Positions 14,646 through 24,589 of a stretch of DNA of 64,000 bases are shown one piece after another. The translations under genes and the position numbers were made by a program. The notes beneath the pieces are model-generated. The model was not told where the DNA came from. It saw only the letters and a program-made list of their open reading frames with translations, and did no database searches. The stretch spans positions 13,764,001 through 13,828,000 of the forward strand of contig OZ296659.1 in NCBI GenBank assembly GCA_965655095.1, given 5' to 3'. Source of the DNA: Haplodiscus bocki. Lineage: Eukaryota. Every line of letters starts with the position of its first letter. Within the stretch, counting starts at the first letter, position 1.

Positions 14646-14883
14646 CAAGTAGGATGTTTTCGGGTTTAATGTCTCGATGGACGATGAACTTGCTGTGCAT
14701 GTGGGCAAGAACTGAGAGTAGTCTGTGCATGATCTGTCTCGTCTTCTTGCTAGAAACCGTGACCACTCTCGTCATGTAGTCAAACAGTTCTCCCTGAGGA
14801 CAAAATTCCAGCACCAGGAAAATGAACGATCTAGTCTCAAACGACTCGTGCAACAATATTACGTTCTCGTCACCACGCATCTC
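14646..14883 (-). CDS. PHKG: Phosphorylase kinase gamma, coding exon 2
   Basis: Acceptor ggtctttag| (phase 0), donor |gtcagt (phase 1). Encodes FIFLVLEFCPQGELFDYM and the catalytic loop IVHRDIKPENILL. Confidence 0.93.
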
Positions 14884-15923
14884 CTAAAGACCGGAAACAA
14901 ATGAGAGTCGACTATTGAGTCGCCTTTTGAATAAAGATTTCACAAAAACTACGTCTATTAACATCGACAGACTTTTCGTCCTCAACTGAGGACAACCATT
15001 TCTCCAGAATCAATTGAAGATTACACAATACGAAAAGGACACTCAAAAACGAAAGTTTGTTTTTATTCTTGCAATTGATTGGGCTAAGCATGATGAAAGT
15101 ACACTTCATCGATCGAACCTTTCTCCAAACTACTCGAAAAAAAAACGCCGATTTTTGGTAGATTTTTCGATTTCTCGTTGGACTGACGCGGCGAAAAAAA
15201 CGAACATTTTCACACATCATTTGTAGACTAATCATATAATAAAGTTTAGCGCGATTTTTCAAAACCAGAGCTTTTTGGAAAAAATTATTAAATTTCCCAG
15301 AAAAAGAATGCACATTATGAATGATGTACTCATACTCCAAATCAAATTTCTATGTAATTATACTCTTGAAATCAGCATCTCACTCTAGCTAGGTATAGTT
15401 TCAATAATGAATGAAAAGAAGAGGGGAGTATCAATCATTCACGAAATGACCACAAAATTGAAATTTGTACAGATTGTGTCTAAAAGTGAAGTTAGGACAG
15501 TCACGCACGTTGTTGACTGGTCCTAACACGAGAACCATGATGTCAACAAAAATGTGACCGAGCATTTTTTGACTTGATTTGTAAATTTTTTAAAGAGGCG
15601 AAACTGGGCTTAACAACACTTGCACCAGCAGAATACTAGTGAACAAACCAAACAATATGACTGATTTTTGAAGGCGCCATGATAAAACGAAACTACTGAT
15701 CAAACAATTAAAACAGAAATTTAATTAAGTCGGTTAATTCTTTACAAACTTATATACAAATGTAACAAGTACGAACAGCTATACCAGTTATCTCCCTTTA
15801 TTTTTAAAACAAGGGCGCACGCTGGAAAATAGGCCATTTGAACGATTTTTCGCAACTGCGAGAGCGCATGAACGAAATCTAGGCAACATTACAATGAAGG
15901 CACAAAAGCGACTTGTGAATGTA

Positions 15924-15974
15924 ATCGGAGAAGAAGAATCAGAAGCCTGTGGTATAACACCTGCTTGCGCAAGT
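15924..15974 (+). repeat. 3' fragment of the same SINE family as 6310-6480
   Basis: atcgga.aagaa...tataacac.tgcttgcgcaagt is shared with 6429-6476. Confidence 0.55.
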
Positions 15975-15992
15975 CAATGATCTTTCACGTAA

Positions 15993-16606
15993 GTAAGGGG
16001 CAGTACCGAGAATCGTAAGGGGCAGTACCGAGAATCTCCATATTCGTATTATAGCGTCCCTTAGCGTGGGGAGCTATTTGTTGTGGTTATTTTTGGCTAA
16101 GACTTGAATTATGCGGCTACCTTTCTAAGTAAAAATGTATTTCTTCCAGGTATAAAGAGTTGAATTTTTTGTTAAACGAGAACTCACATTTCAGATGAAG
16201 GTTTACAGCAGAATGATTACAAATATTTCCAGCAAAATTGTTTACAGCATTAAAACGATTACAAACTTATAGTTGTTCAAAAATTATTGGGAGCGATTAT
16301 AAATGTACTTCTAATCCATTAGAAATTGCCGACAAGCGGCGTGACTTGAACATTCGGTCAAACGAAAACAATTATTCAGCGCAAGCTTAGCCAATAAATG
16401 CAATATTAGAGAGTCGCGGTGATACGAGGGGGGATGATTAACATTACTGCATCAGGATTAAATGCGAAGGAAATTTAAGCACTACAAAATGGCAGGCCCG
16501 GAAATAAATGTGCACTGAGAAAAATAAATAACCGAAAAGAAATACTAAATTGACTTTTGCGTAAATAAAACGAGAAATGTTTTCTGTTTGTGTTTGTTAT
16601 ATTACA
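15993..16606 (-). repeat. Putative 3' LTR (~600 bp)
   Basis: On the minus strand it starts TGTAA at 16606, right after the purine tract aaagaaggg (16615-16607), and ends ...ccccttac. The terminal 22-mer gtaaggggcagtaccgagaatc is tandemly duplicated (15993-16036). No second LTR is present to confirm the call. Confidence 0.55.
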
Positions 16607-16677
16607 CCCTTCTTTGAAGAATGCGTCCGCGCATGATGAAAGAAGCTGAGGGGAAGGGTGGGTGAGAGAAGAAGTCA

Positions 16678-17440
16678 TTACAAGAGGTCGTCCAAGGATT
16701 CGTACAGGGGTCTGGGGTTACAGTGGCGACAAAAATGTGTTGTATCTTTACGATTGACGGCACGAATGCCGCAACAGTCGTAAATTTTACGGGTTGTGGG
16801 GTCCACTATAATGTTGTGAATGGCTACAAGTTGCCGGGAGATGTTTCGATCAACACCGGGATTACGATCTGGACTACAGAGGCGGATTAATTGATGGTAG
16901 TGCTTTTTAATATCGGCGGTGGAAGTGTGGCGGTCAGCGGCTAAAACTGTGTAAAGGAAATTTGTGGGCGTAACTTTGTCCATGTATACGATGTCAGGCA
17001 CGGTCAATTGATAAAGAAGCTGGTGTAGGAAGGGGAGAGCTTGACCGTCCGCATACAGATTAGCAACTTGGGTTCGGAGATCAGAGATCGTATCCTTTGA
17101 ATCAGCGAGGTTCCTGTCGTCGAGGCGTTTCTGGCGGGTCATTTCTTCGAGGGACCGCAGTGTGTCTTCGTAAGTTTGTTTCTGTTTTTCGAAGGCTATC
17201 TCTAGCCGATGAACCGACGCTTTTTGTGCTCCCAACTCCTTGCGAGTGTCAGCCAAAACCTGCTCAAGTGTTTCTACAGCTTCATTTTTTTTCGATGGGC
17301 GGCAAATTCAAGGTTTTCGAAGCTGTCAGTGTAGCACGAGACGGAAGTTTGAATGGGGGTTGTCATCATGCCGAAGTCTGCAATGTCTGGTAAGACAGGA
17401 GGAGGGGTGAGGGCGAGTAAAAAGGCAGTTCACAATCCAT
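16678..17440 (-). pseudogene. Accessory gene: coiled coil + DnaJ-like domain + Cys-rich tail (open frame 17256-16678; upstream part needs two frameshifts)
   Basis: LYTVLAADRHTSTADIKKHYHQLIRLCSPDRNPG...LVAIHNIIVDPTTRKIYD matches the J-domain consensus (Y.vLgv...as..eIKkaYr.la...HPDkN...i..Ay.vLsDp.kR..YD). Heptad region upstream. ATG at 17440 (MDCELPF). Confidence 0.75.
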
Positions 17441-17661
17441 CGGCTCGGTGTTGATAGCCAGAGATTGGAGATTTTTCGGGGAAGTCGCATTTGGGTGAGA
17501 AGAGACCTGATTTCTTGCTTCCCATCGCTGGAAACACCATGAGACTGTCTGATGTGGGGTTGCAGCGAAGAACACGATAAGGGGTGGGGTCGATGAGAAA
17601 CACAATAGAACCGGACTAAGAGTCAGCAGCAGAAGAAGCACTGGGCAAAGCAGAAGAGAAC

Positions 17662-17685
17662 CTGAAACAGAAAATAATTAAAACC
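17662..17685 (-). promoter_or_regulatory. Candidate splice acceptor ahead of the J-domain gene
   Basis: ggttttaattattttctgtttcag|G on the minus strand: branch-like ttaat, pyrimidine tract, CAG. Confidence 0.55.
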
Positions 17686-17738
17686 TTTTTTTGGGCAAAG
17701 TAAAAAAGACAAAAAAAAACAGTGGGCGACAAAAAAAA

Positions 17739-18139
17739 CTCGTGCCAAGCACGGAACTACAGCAGAGCTGTGAAATGCCTAATCTGGTGAAATACACACG
17801 GAACTGCAGCAGAGCTGCGGGACTCCTATCCTCGTGGGGAAAACCACGGAGAAAAAAAAGTGCGAAGTAGATGTCTCGTGAGTGAGTCACGGAAAGCGTA
17901 GCGGGGCTATGCCCTGAACTACTGGAAACCAGCGGAAACTCGTGGAAAACCACGGAAAGCCTAAAACCTCTTCAGCAGAGCTGAAGGATGAGAAGGGGAA
18001 CCTATTCTCAAGTGTTACACTCACAGTTCCAAGACTGTGGACCTAAACTTTCTCGGTGGAAAAGGCACCGGTAGGACACGTAAAAAATAAACTCGATACT
18101 AAAGTATCGGAAAACTGATCTCGGCGGCTGAGCACCGAT
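17739..18139 (-). other. Array of ~13 short stem-loops of two types with compensatory substitutions
   Basis: Type A, CT-stem-loop-stem-GA: 17739, 17784, 17831, 17875, ~17920, 17939, 18020, 18052, 18092, 18120 (the 17784, ~17920, 18052 and 18120 copies deviate). Type B, cagc-aga-gctg: 17759, 17806, 17970, plus variant tagc-ggg-gcta at 17899. Confidence 0.75.
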
Positions 18140-18164
18140 AAATGATAGACGTAGAGGTTTGAAA

Positions 18165-20463
18165 TTATGTCGCCGAGGTGTAAACATCAGTTATGTCAGG
18201 ATACAAGGGGTTCTGAGGAGGAACGCATGAGGTTATTTCTGTGTCACTTCGAGCAAGGAATTCGCGGGCCAATCCTTTGACAGCCAGGAATTCAGCATCC
18301 GTCATGCACAGGAAAGCTGTTGTTACGTCGTTATCATCGTCGTTCAGGTTAGGAACAATGTGTAGGAATCGGCCGTGCGTGCCGCGGAAGAACCGTTGTG
18401 GGTGTTTGAAGAGACGTTGCCACTGACGCCGGAAGAGCGTAAAACTGATGCTGAAAGAGAAAAGAGAAATAGTCATGGATACACATGCCAGTCAGAAAGC
18501 AGTCCGCATAGGCATGTAATCTGCTAAAGCACGACTGGTGTAAGGAGAAATTGTCGTGTAATAGTGTGAAATTGGTTGGGCCACTGTGCGAAGATCCTCG
18601 TTGGTCATTGTTTTCACGTGGGGCAAAGCTGCCAACTCCAATTGTACGCTAGAAACAATCTCTCTGCAGGCTTCACCAAATGAATACACGTTCAAATCGC
18701 CGCTGGCAGGAGGTGGGGATTAAAGACTGCAGCCAAAGAAGGTGTGAGTTTGACTGATGCAACGAACGGCTCGGGTCGGGTTTCACAAAAGTCCATATCG
18801 GGGGTAAGAACAAGATCCCCGTGATTGAAGGTGAGTGTGGACGAACAACTGGGTCGAATAAGACATGCTTGACACTGGAGGGTGGATATGGATACAGGTA
18901 AACCATCGGTGTCGTTTTTGACCTGTAAACGAGCAGTACGAGATATAACGTGATAAAGACCATCCGCTATATAGGAAGCTTGCGGGGCCTCAGGCAACAA
19001 GACAGAGTCCACTAAACAATTGCGAAGAGCTGGGATGCTGTACTCAAAAAATAGAGACGTTAGGCAAAGAAGAGTTTCATCAGTTGTGGTAGAAAAACCT
19101 TTACTGCATAATTTAATTCGATTTGTTCCAGAACATTAACTGAGGGTAGTAGCACTCAATTCAGCATACTGTGAGTTATCAGTAGCGATGGCCATGAACT
19201 CATGAGAGAAACGATAAACCGAAGCTGTCGTACCATCCTCGTTGGGTTGATGCAAAGGAATGGCGCAATAGGCATCGAAGGTGGACGATTTTGAGTTCAT
19301 CGGTATACCTAAGACAATGGAGAGGCCTTCTTGCAAAACAGTGATTTCGAGCACAATTTGGACTTCATAGTAGGTATCCTCAAAACCAACTTGAATCGCG
19401 GGTGTCAACTTCGTACCTCGGCGGATCTCTTCGGCGGTAAGGTCCTCGACGATTGCAGCAAGTTGATCGGAAGTGAGGAAATTAGGTGGAACAAATCCAG
19501 AAGAGCGAGGACACTGCGGAATACATGGAGGTCTTACATAACACAAATGAAGCACGATAAGATTTCAAATGCATAGAAGCAAGGTCCAAGTAGGACGTGT
19601 AATTGTGGACTTTGTCCACAATGATTTCGAAGTGACGCTGGATACTCATGCAATTACTCATAATGATAAACTGGGAATCGAGTTGACGAATGGCTTATCC
19701 TGTAGCATCTAAACGGGCATCGATAACGTCTCGTGAGGCTTCAACGCTCTTCTGGTATCAGCGATTTCTGTGCCCAGAAGGAAAAATTTTTCGTTATTGG
19801 CTTGTTGGACGCGATGGAGACTTTTCTCAAAGGCAGCCTGACGCTGAAGTAGATTGCGCACATTGTTCTTCAAAACGGAGTTATCACTGCATAAGCTAAA
19901 GATGGAAAGGGCTTTGCAGGCAGCATTTCGTGAAACAAGACCGGCGACACCAGAGGCTGCCATGAGTGCGGGAACAAGTCGTCGTTGTCGATGATGAGGA
20001 GTGCCAATAGAAGGAGGCTGCATTGGGGGTGGTGCAAATGAAGATGCAACACGTAAGAGTTCAGCGTAATCTTGTGCAATAGCAGAACGTTCATCCGCAA
20101 GCAGGTGGACACGATATTCAGTACTTTCTCGGAGGCCATTGGCTCGATCCAGGGAGGTGTACATAGCGATTGCGCAGGGCTCGTCAGACGCAACTGTTTC
20201 TAGAAAGGGCAAGGAGGTTAATTTGTTGTGAATGTTACTGACGAGATCAATAAGCGAATCGACTGCTGTTAAATCAACTGGTGGCAGCTTTGGAAAAGGA
20301 GAAAAGACACGAACTTTGCTTTCACTTTCTGAAGTGACGGCTTGATAGTTATAAATGAACGCAGCGCCTTTTTGGATAATTGGAGTGCCATCTGTAGGAG
20401 GACCATCGGGAACAAACTGTCTCACAGGGACATTGGATACGAGAAAAAAAACGTTAAAAACAT
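18165..20463 (-). pseudogene. env: Envelope class I fusion glycoprotein (baculovirus F / errantivirus env-like), disrupted
   Basis: Hydrophobic signal (MFLTFFF..), furin site HHRQRR, fusion peptide LVPALMAASGVAGLV, heptad repeat LKNNVRNLLQRQAAFEKSLHRVQQAN, Cys-rich ectodomain, TM LACVSMTISLFSFSISFTLF + RRQWQR, cytoplasmic tail. Split over ORFs 19709-20425, 19136-19555, 18692-19012, 18492-18695 and 18165-18476. Confidence 0.8.
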
Positions 20464-20859
20464 GTTAGAAAGCAAAATAGGAACAAAAATCGAGAAAAAA
20501 CTATGGAAAAAATTAATTCTGAATTCACGGGTGATAAAATTCAAACTAAATGCTTACAACAAGAAAAAAAATACTTCTAAAACTTCTAAATCAGAATGTC
20601 AGCTTTTTACGTTTCAAAATTTTCGGCTTTCATCTTCCCAAGTGCTTAATACCGTGCTTAACACCCTCATTTTGATATCCAACGATTGAAATCTTAAATT
20701 GATTTCTAGCACGTGTTAAAAACAGACCATGTTAGTTTTCTGCCCACTCTGCTAAAAATGGGGTAACCTTTGATTAGAAAGCAATAAACCAGTGCAAAGT
20801 ACCAGCAGAAAAACATTTATTACGATAAACTTTCTTCAATAGAATGTCTATTAGCAAAC

Positions 20860-21129
20860 CTTGAGAATGACAATTTCGCGCTTTGTTTCGTCCACAATTT
20901 TCTTGCCCTCGTCCGATCCGATATCAATAATCTTCACCGCATACTCATCACCTGTAGCTTTTTCTACACATTTTCTGACCACACTCACCAACCCCCTGCC
21001 CAACACCTCTCGGGGCTCGTAGCGGGCATAGAACTCGGCCCCGTCCTCTTCGCAGGGCAAGTCAGCACCCCCTACAACCATGGGCACACCACCGGCAGAG
21101 GTGGCGTTTGCTGATTCAATTATAGTCAT
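20860..21129 (-). CDS. PHKG: Phosphorylase kinase gamma, coding exon 1
   Basis: ATG at 21129 with an in-frame stop upstream at 21174. Encodes EFYARYEPREVLGRGLVSVVRKC and YAVKIID. Donor AAG|gtttgc (phase 0). The four exons total 1203 nt, i.e. 400 aa. Confidence 0.9.
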
Positions 21130-21787
21130 TGCTGCTGGTACCAAAGCTAAAGGATTCGCAAAGGGGTTCGTTCATTACAGCTGATTCAAACGGCGGCTGA
21201 CAAAGCAGTCCTTGGCTACAGTACATTTCATCACGACATTTTTAATCTAAAAAAAACGAAATGAATCATCTAAATACAGTACTCTTGTTAATTCGTATTC
21301 GGATATCAGTTTAATTCGCATTTGATTTCAGACAATAGTGACGGCAATCATGTATTAAGATCTCTGTGAATTCTTATTATTGCTCGTAATTCGTACAATG
21401 TCATACGGTTCCTAGCGCAACTAACTAGCATGATTCCGCTGCGTCTGCTTTTCAAATTACACCTAATCTTTTTGGGCATAAAACCTTATTGATGTTTAAG
21501 AATGCAAATATTTTTCTCGAAAGGAAACCATTTTATTACGAAATTTCGTTCAAAAATAGAGCTCACCAAACAAAAAACACCCCTTTCTTACACAAAGGAA
21601 CGTTGAATGACCTTGCCAATTTTTGCTTAGCAATTCAGCCTCTCCTTGAAAGAAAAAAGAAAACTTGAAAGACTCAAATGACTTCCTGAGATACTAATTT
21701 GAAAAGAAAATTGAATGGCCCATATGTATATTTCTCATTTCAATTTTCCCAGGCAATTATTTCAAATAAAAGACATTCAAACAAATT

Positions 21788-22757
21788 TCAAACAACAGAT
21801 GGAAAAAATTGTTCACATATTGAAGAAAAGCTCTCAAAATCAGCATCGTCCAATTGCAAACAAGGATCAACTTTCGAGCCAACAGCTGCAGTTTCCTTCT
21901 CAGTTTCCGAAACAAAGGAAGATTCTAGGACCGCAGTTTGCTTTGTTTTGAAAGTAGTTTGTGACCCAATACTTTTAGTACGTTTTCGCTTCCGATTTGA
22001 ATTTTCAGAAACATGCGAAGCAACTTCATAGATTGTTTGGGTGTAAGCATTTTGAAATTCAACGATTTTTTCCGTTTGGGAGCAAACGTCTGTTGTTTCA
22101 ACATTGGGTTCATATTGCATCAATACACTTCCAAAAGGCAGCATACTGTTTGGTTTGAACAAGCTATCCAGAACTTTGCAACTTCGCGATACCAAAGCGA
22201 CCACGTTTTGGTCATTACTGTTTCTCGCGTTCGCAAAAACATCAGCAATGATAGAAACTGGTGGCGTACATTTAGGGTTTGGGCGTAAAACCATAGATTG
22301 TAATAGCTCCAAAAGAGCGCATTTTGAAGATGAAGATACAAGAAAACTGAAATTGGGGTATTTGCTCAAAAAGTCTTTGCCTAAACCGAGCTGGCTCGGA
22401 AATGCGGCCATTGCGATAAAAGCAACTTTGTTGTAGACTTCGTGAAGAGTAGCGGGTGATATGTAATCAGAGCATTCGCAGAGTACAGTTGAGCAAAAAC
22501 CCAAAAGGTCAACAATAAAACAGTTCAAGAGGTGTTTTGAATTTGATTGGCTGGTCCGAAAAAGTTGCAACGAAACTTCAGAAGCTTGATTACCGGAAGT
22601 AGTTGAGCAACCTTGTTTCCTCTTCTTCGCTTTCGGCTGTGACTCAACTGGTTCCGTGAAGTCCTCGTGAAACAGAACAAAGCGGTGGCAGGACTTAATC
22701 GATGACAACAGCACAGAATCAAGATGTTCTTTAGAAAAACAATAACGGCTAACTTTC
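21788..22757 (-). CDS. PELP1: PELP1/Rix1-like ribosome biogenesis (rixosome) protein, coding exon 2
   Basis: Acceptor ttttttcag| is in frame with exon 1 (CG|G). CALLELLQSMVLRPNPKCTPPVSIIADVFANARNSNDQNVVALVSRSCKVLDSLFKP resembles the conserved PELP1 segment LLLALLLAPSPRCPPPL...HPRVP. Basic NLS KKRK. Confidence 0.68.
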
Positions 22758-22868
22758 CTGAAAAAAAGTTAAAATTCAAAATTAATACCAGGATTTTTTC
22801 ATGAACATACAATTTTAAAAATATCTACGAAGGAAAGAATTCAAGTTTTCTCAATTATAAAAACTAAC

Positions 22869-23917
22869 CGAATAATTGTGCGAGCTGTGTATAGAACACT
22901 TGCCAGTAAAGATACATAATCTTCATACAAGCGCATTTGGTTAAAATTCAATGAAGACAAATAGTTGGAAGCTGATTTCAAATAGCAGTCAACTGTTGCT
23001 ACCACTCCTTTCATAGCCGGTAAACAAAGAGTCCCGCATCGCTGGAGAACCACATCCAGAAGTGATACCGTATTTTTCTGGATAGACCAAAAAGGACACA
23101 CGCCGCCATCCTCAGCTGGCGCATACTGCAATAATCTTCGGCACAAATCAAAAATCATGTTGACCGGGAGATCAACTAAAAGGTCAACCTTAACGGATAC
23201 CAAATGTTTGAGTATAGAAATCAGGCATGTAACAAACCCAATAAACGCATGTTCACTCAGTTTGAGCAAATCTTCTTTCGTGCAAAACATTTTAATTTCG
23301 TTGAGTTCATTTTGTAATCCGGCATTTTCTTTGACTGACGCATCTTTGTAAATTTCATGTTTGTAGCACAAGTGATAAACCGATTCGCATAAATGTGACA
23401 CATTTGATGCATAATGCAGTCTGAAAGACGAACTGTTCAGCGCTGACCATTTTCCAGCCAGGACAATTTTAACGAACAATTTAATTTTGCTTTCCTTTAG
23501 CCTCCAAGAGACTTCGGTGACGGACAGATGTGACAAATCTTTGAGAATTATCATCAACAAGCTTGTTCTGAATGGATTAACTGCGCCAGGAAAACGATCA
23601 ACAACTATTTCAAGCAAATCAATCTCAACAGTGTAATTTTTGAGACTGAATTCGCCCAACATCTCAGATCTCCCAAACGAACTAATAAATCCTTTCAGGA
23701 AACTTGAAACAATATTAGAACAAGAAAAAGTTTCCGTGTTTGACAAAAACTTTTCTATCTCTTCGGCCATAGCTTGTTTTTCCGATATTTTTTTATTCTT
23801 TTGGTTGAAAAGCGTCTGAATAATTCTGATTACTTTCGATGTTCCCTCATTTTGGTTCTTGGAACTTTTTAAAACTGCAAGATCCATCGCGGTTGTCTCG
23901 TCTATCATCAGAACCAT
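22869..23917 (-). CDS. PELP1: PELP1/Rix1-like protein, coding exon 1 (helical-repeat N-terminus)
   Basis: Long Leu-rich helical ORF. Donor CG|gttagt at 22868. A 111-bp intron joins it in frame to exon 2 (total 672 aa). A likely 5'UTR intron lies at ~23920-23981. Confidence 0.65.
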
Positions 23918-24241
23918 CTCTAAAATATGAATTCATATTTAAAAATGCTTAATAAAATTAGCAATTTACTAAATTTCAAACCTTGAGCTTACAACACAGC
24001 ACAATGATTTGAGCGACACTACCAAAAAAGGAGTTCTAATGAACTGAAACAGAACCGCGGCCGTAGAATAAAATTAGTAAATGGAGCCATCGGTGGCTAT
24101 TCACAGATCCGAAAAAATAGCTGGATTGAAAAACTTTTCAGTATCGAAATCGGTACTGTCGGCACTTCCAAGTTGTCGGCATTGCGCGAGTTATGCGTGC
24201 CCCCGCTACGCTCGCGGACACTAACCTCCTGCCGCAGTAAC

Positions 24242-24341
24242 TGTAAAAACACTGATAATATTAATATGTATATTGTGAAACCCCACCGACAATCACTATA
24301 TCTGAAATAATACAGTATTTACATGAGGTACAAGTACAACA
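24242..24341 (-). repeat. Copia 3' LTR
   Basis: 98/100 identical to 28801-28900. Confidence 0.95.
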
Positions 24342-24589
24342 TACTGCTATTAATTTACCGTTTTTGTTGTTCATCTTTGTTGTCATCATCTTTGTTTCCA
24401 GAGATACAATAACCCGGGAAAAGGGATATCCAGTAATCCAAAGTATATAATCAAATACCCAGTAACACGCAAACCAGAATGTATAATAAAACGTTGCAAC
24501 AATAAAATAAATATCGAACCAAAACAATAAGATACTTTATCCAAGAGTAACAGGAACATAAAGAAAAGTAAGAAACTTGATCAAATTGT

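Larger units (their letters stand above)
15993..20500 (-). mobile_element. 3' portion of an env-bearing LTR retroelement (endogenous-retrovirus-like): env, hairpin array, J-domain ORF, PPT, 3' LTR; gag-pol absent
   Basis: The components below are colinear on the minus strand and end in PPT aaagaaggg followed by TGTAA. The element lies in PHKG intron 1, in the same orientation as the gene. Confidence 0.75.

Noticed and set aside
15993-16036. Direct repeats as a CRISPR-like array
   Set aside because: Only two abutting 22-bp copies with no spacer, in a eukaryotic context with no cas genes.
17739-18139. Hairpin array as CRISPR repeats or integron attC sites
   Set aside because: Units are not sequence-identical, spacing is irregular, and no cas or integrase-cassette structure is present. 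Kept as a structured cis element instead.
18165-20463. Domesticated, syncytin-like env gene
   Set aside because: Several stops and frameshifts show this copy is decaying.
17661-20860. In-frame PHKG-env or PHKG-J chimeric protein by exonisation
   Set aside because: Splicing phase-0 exon 1 to either acceptor (20500 or 17661) hits a stop within 13 codons.
24261-24527. Hydrophobic 88-aa ORF after copia pol as an env-like gene
   Set aside because: Non-ATG start, low-complexity AT-rich 3' UTR composition, and it runs through the LTR.
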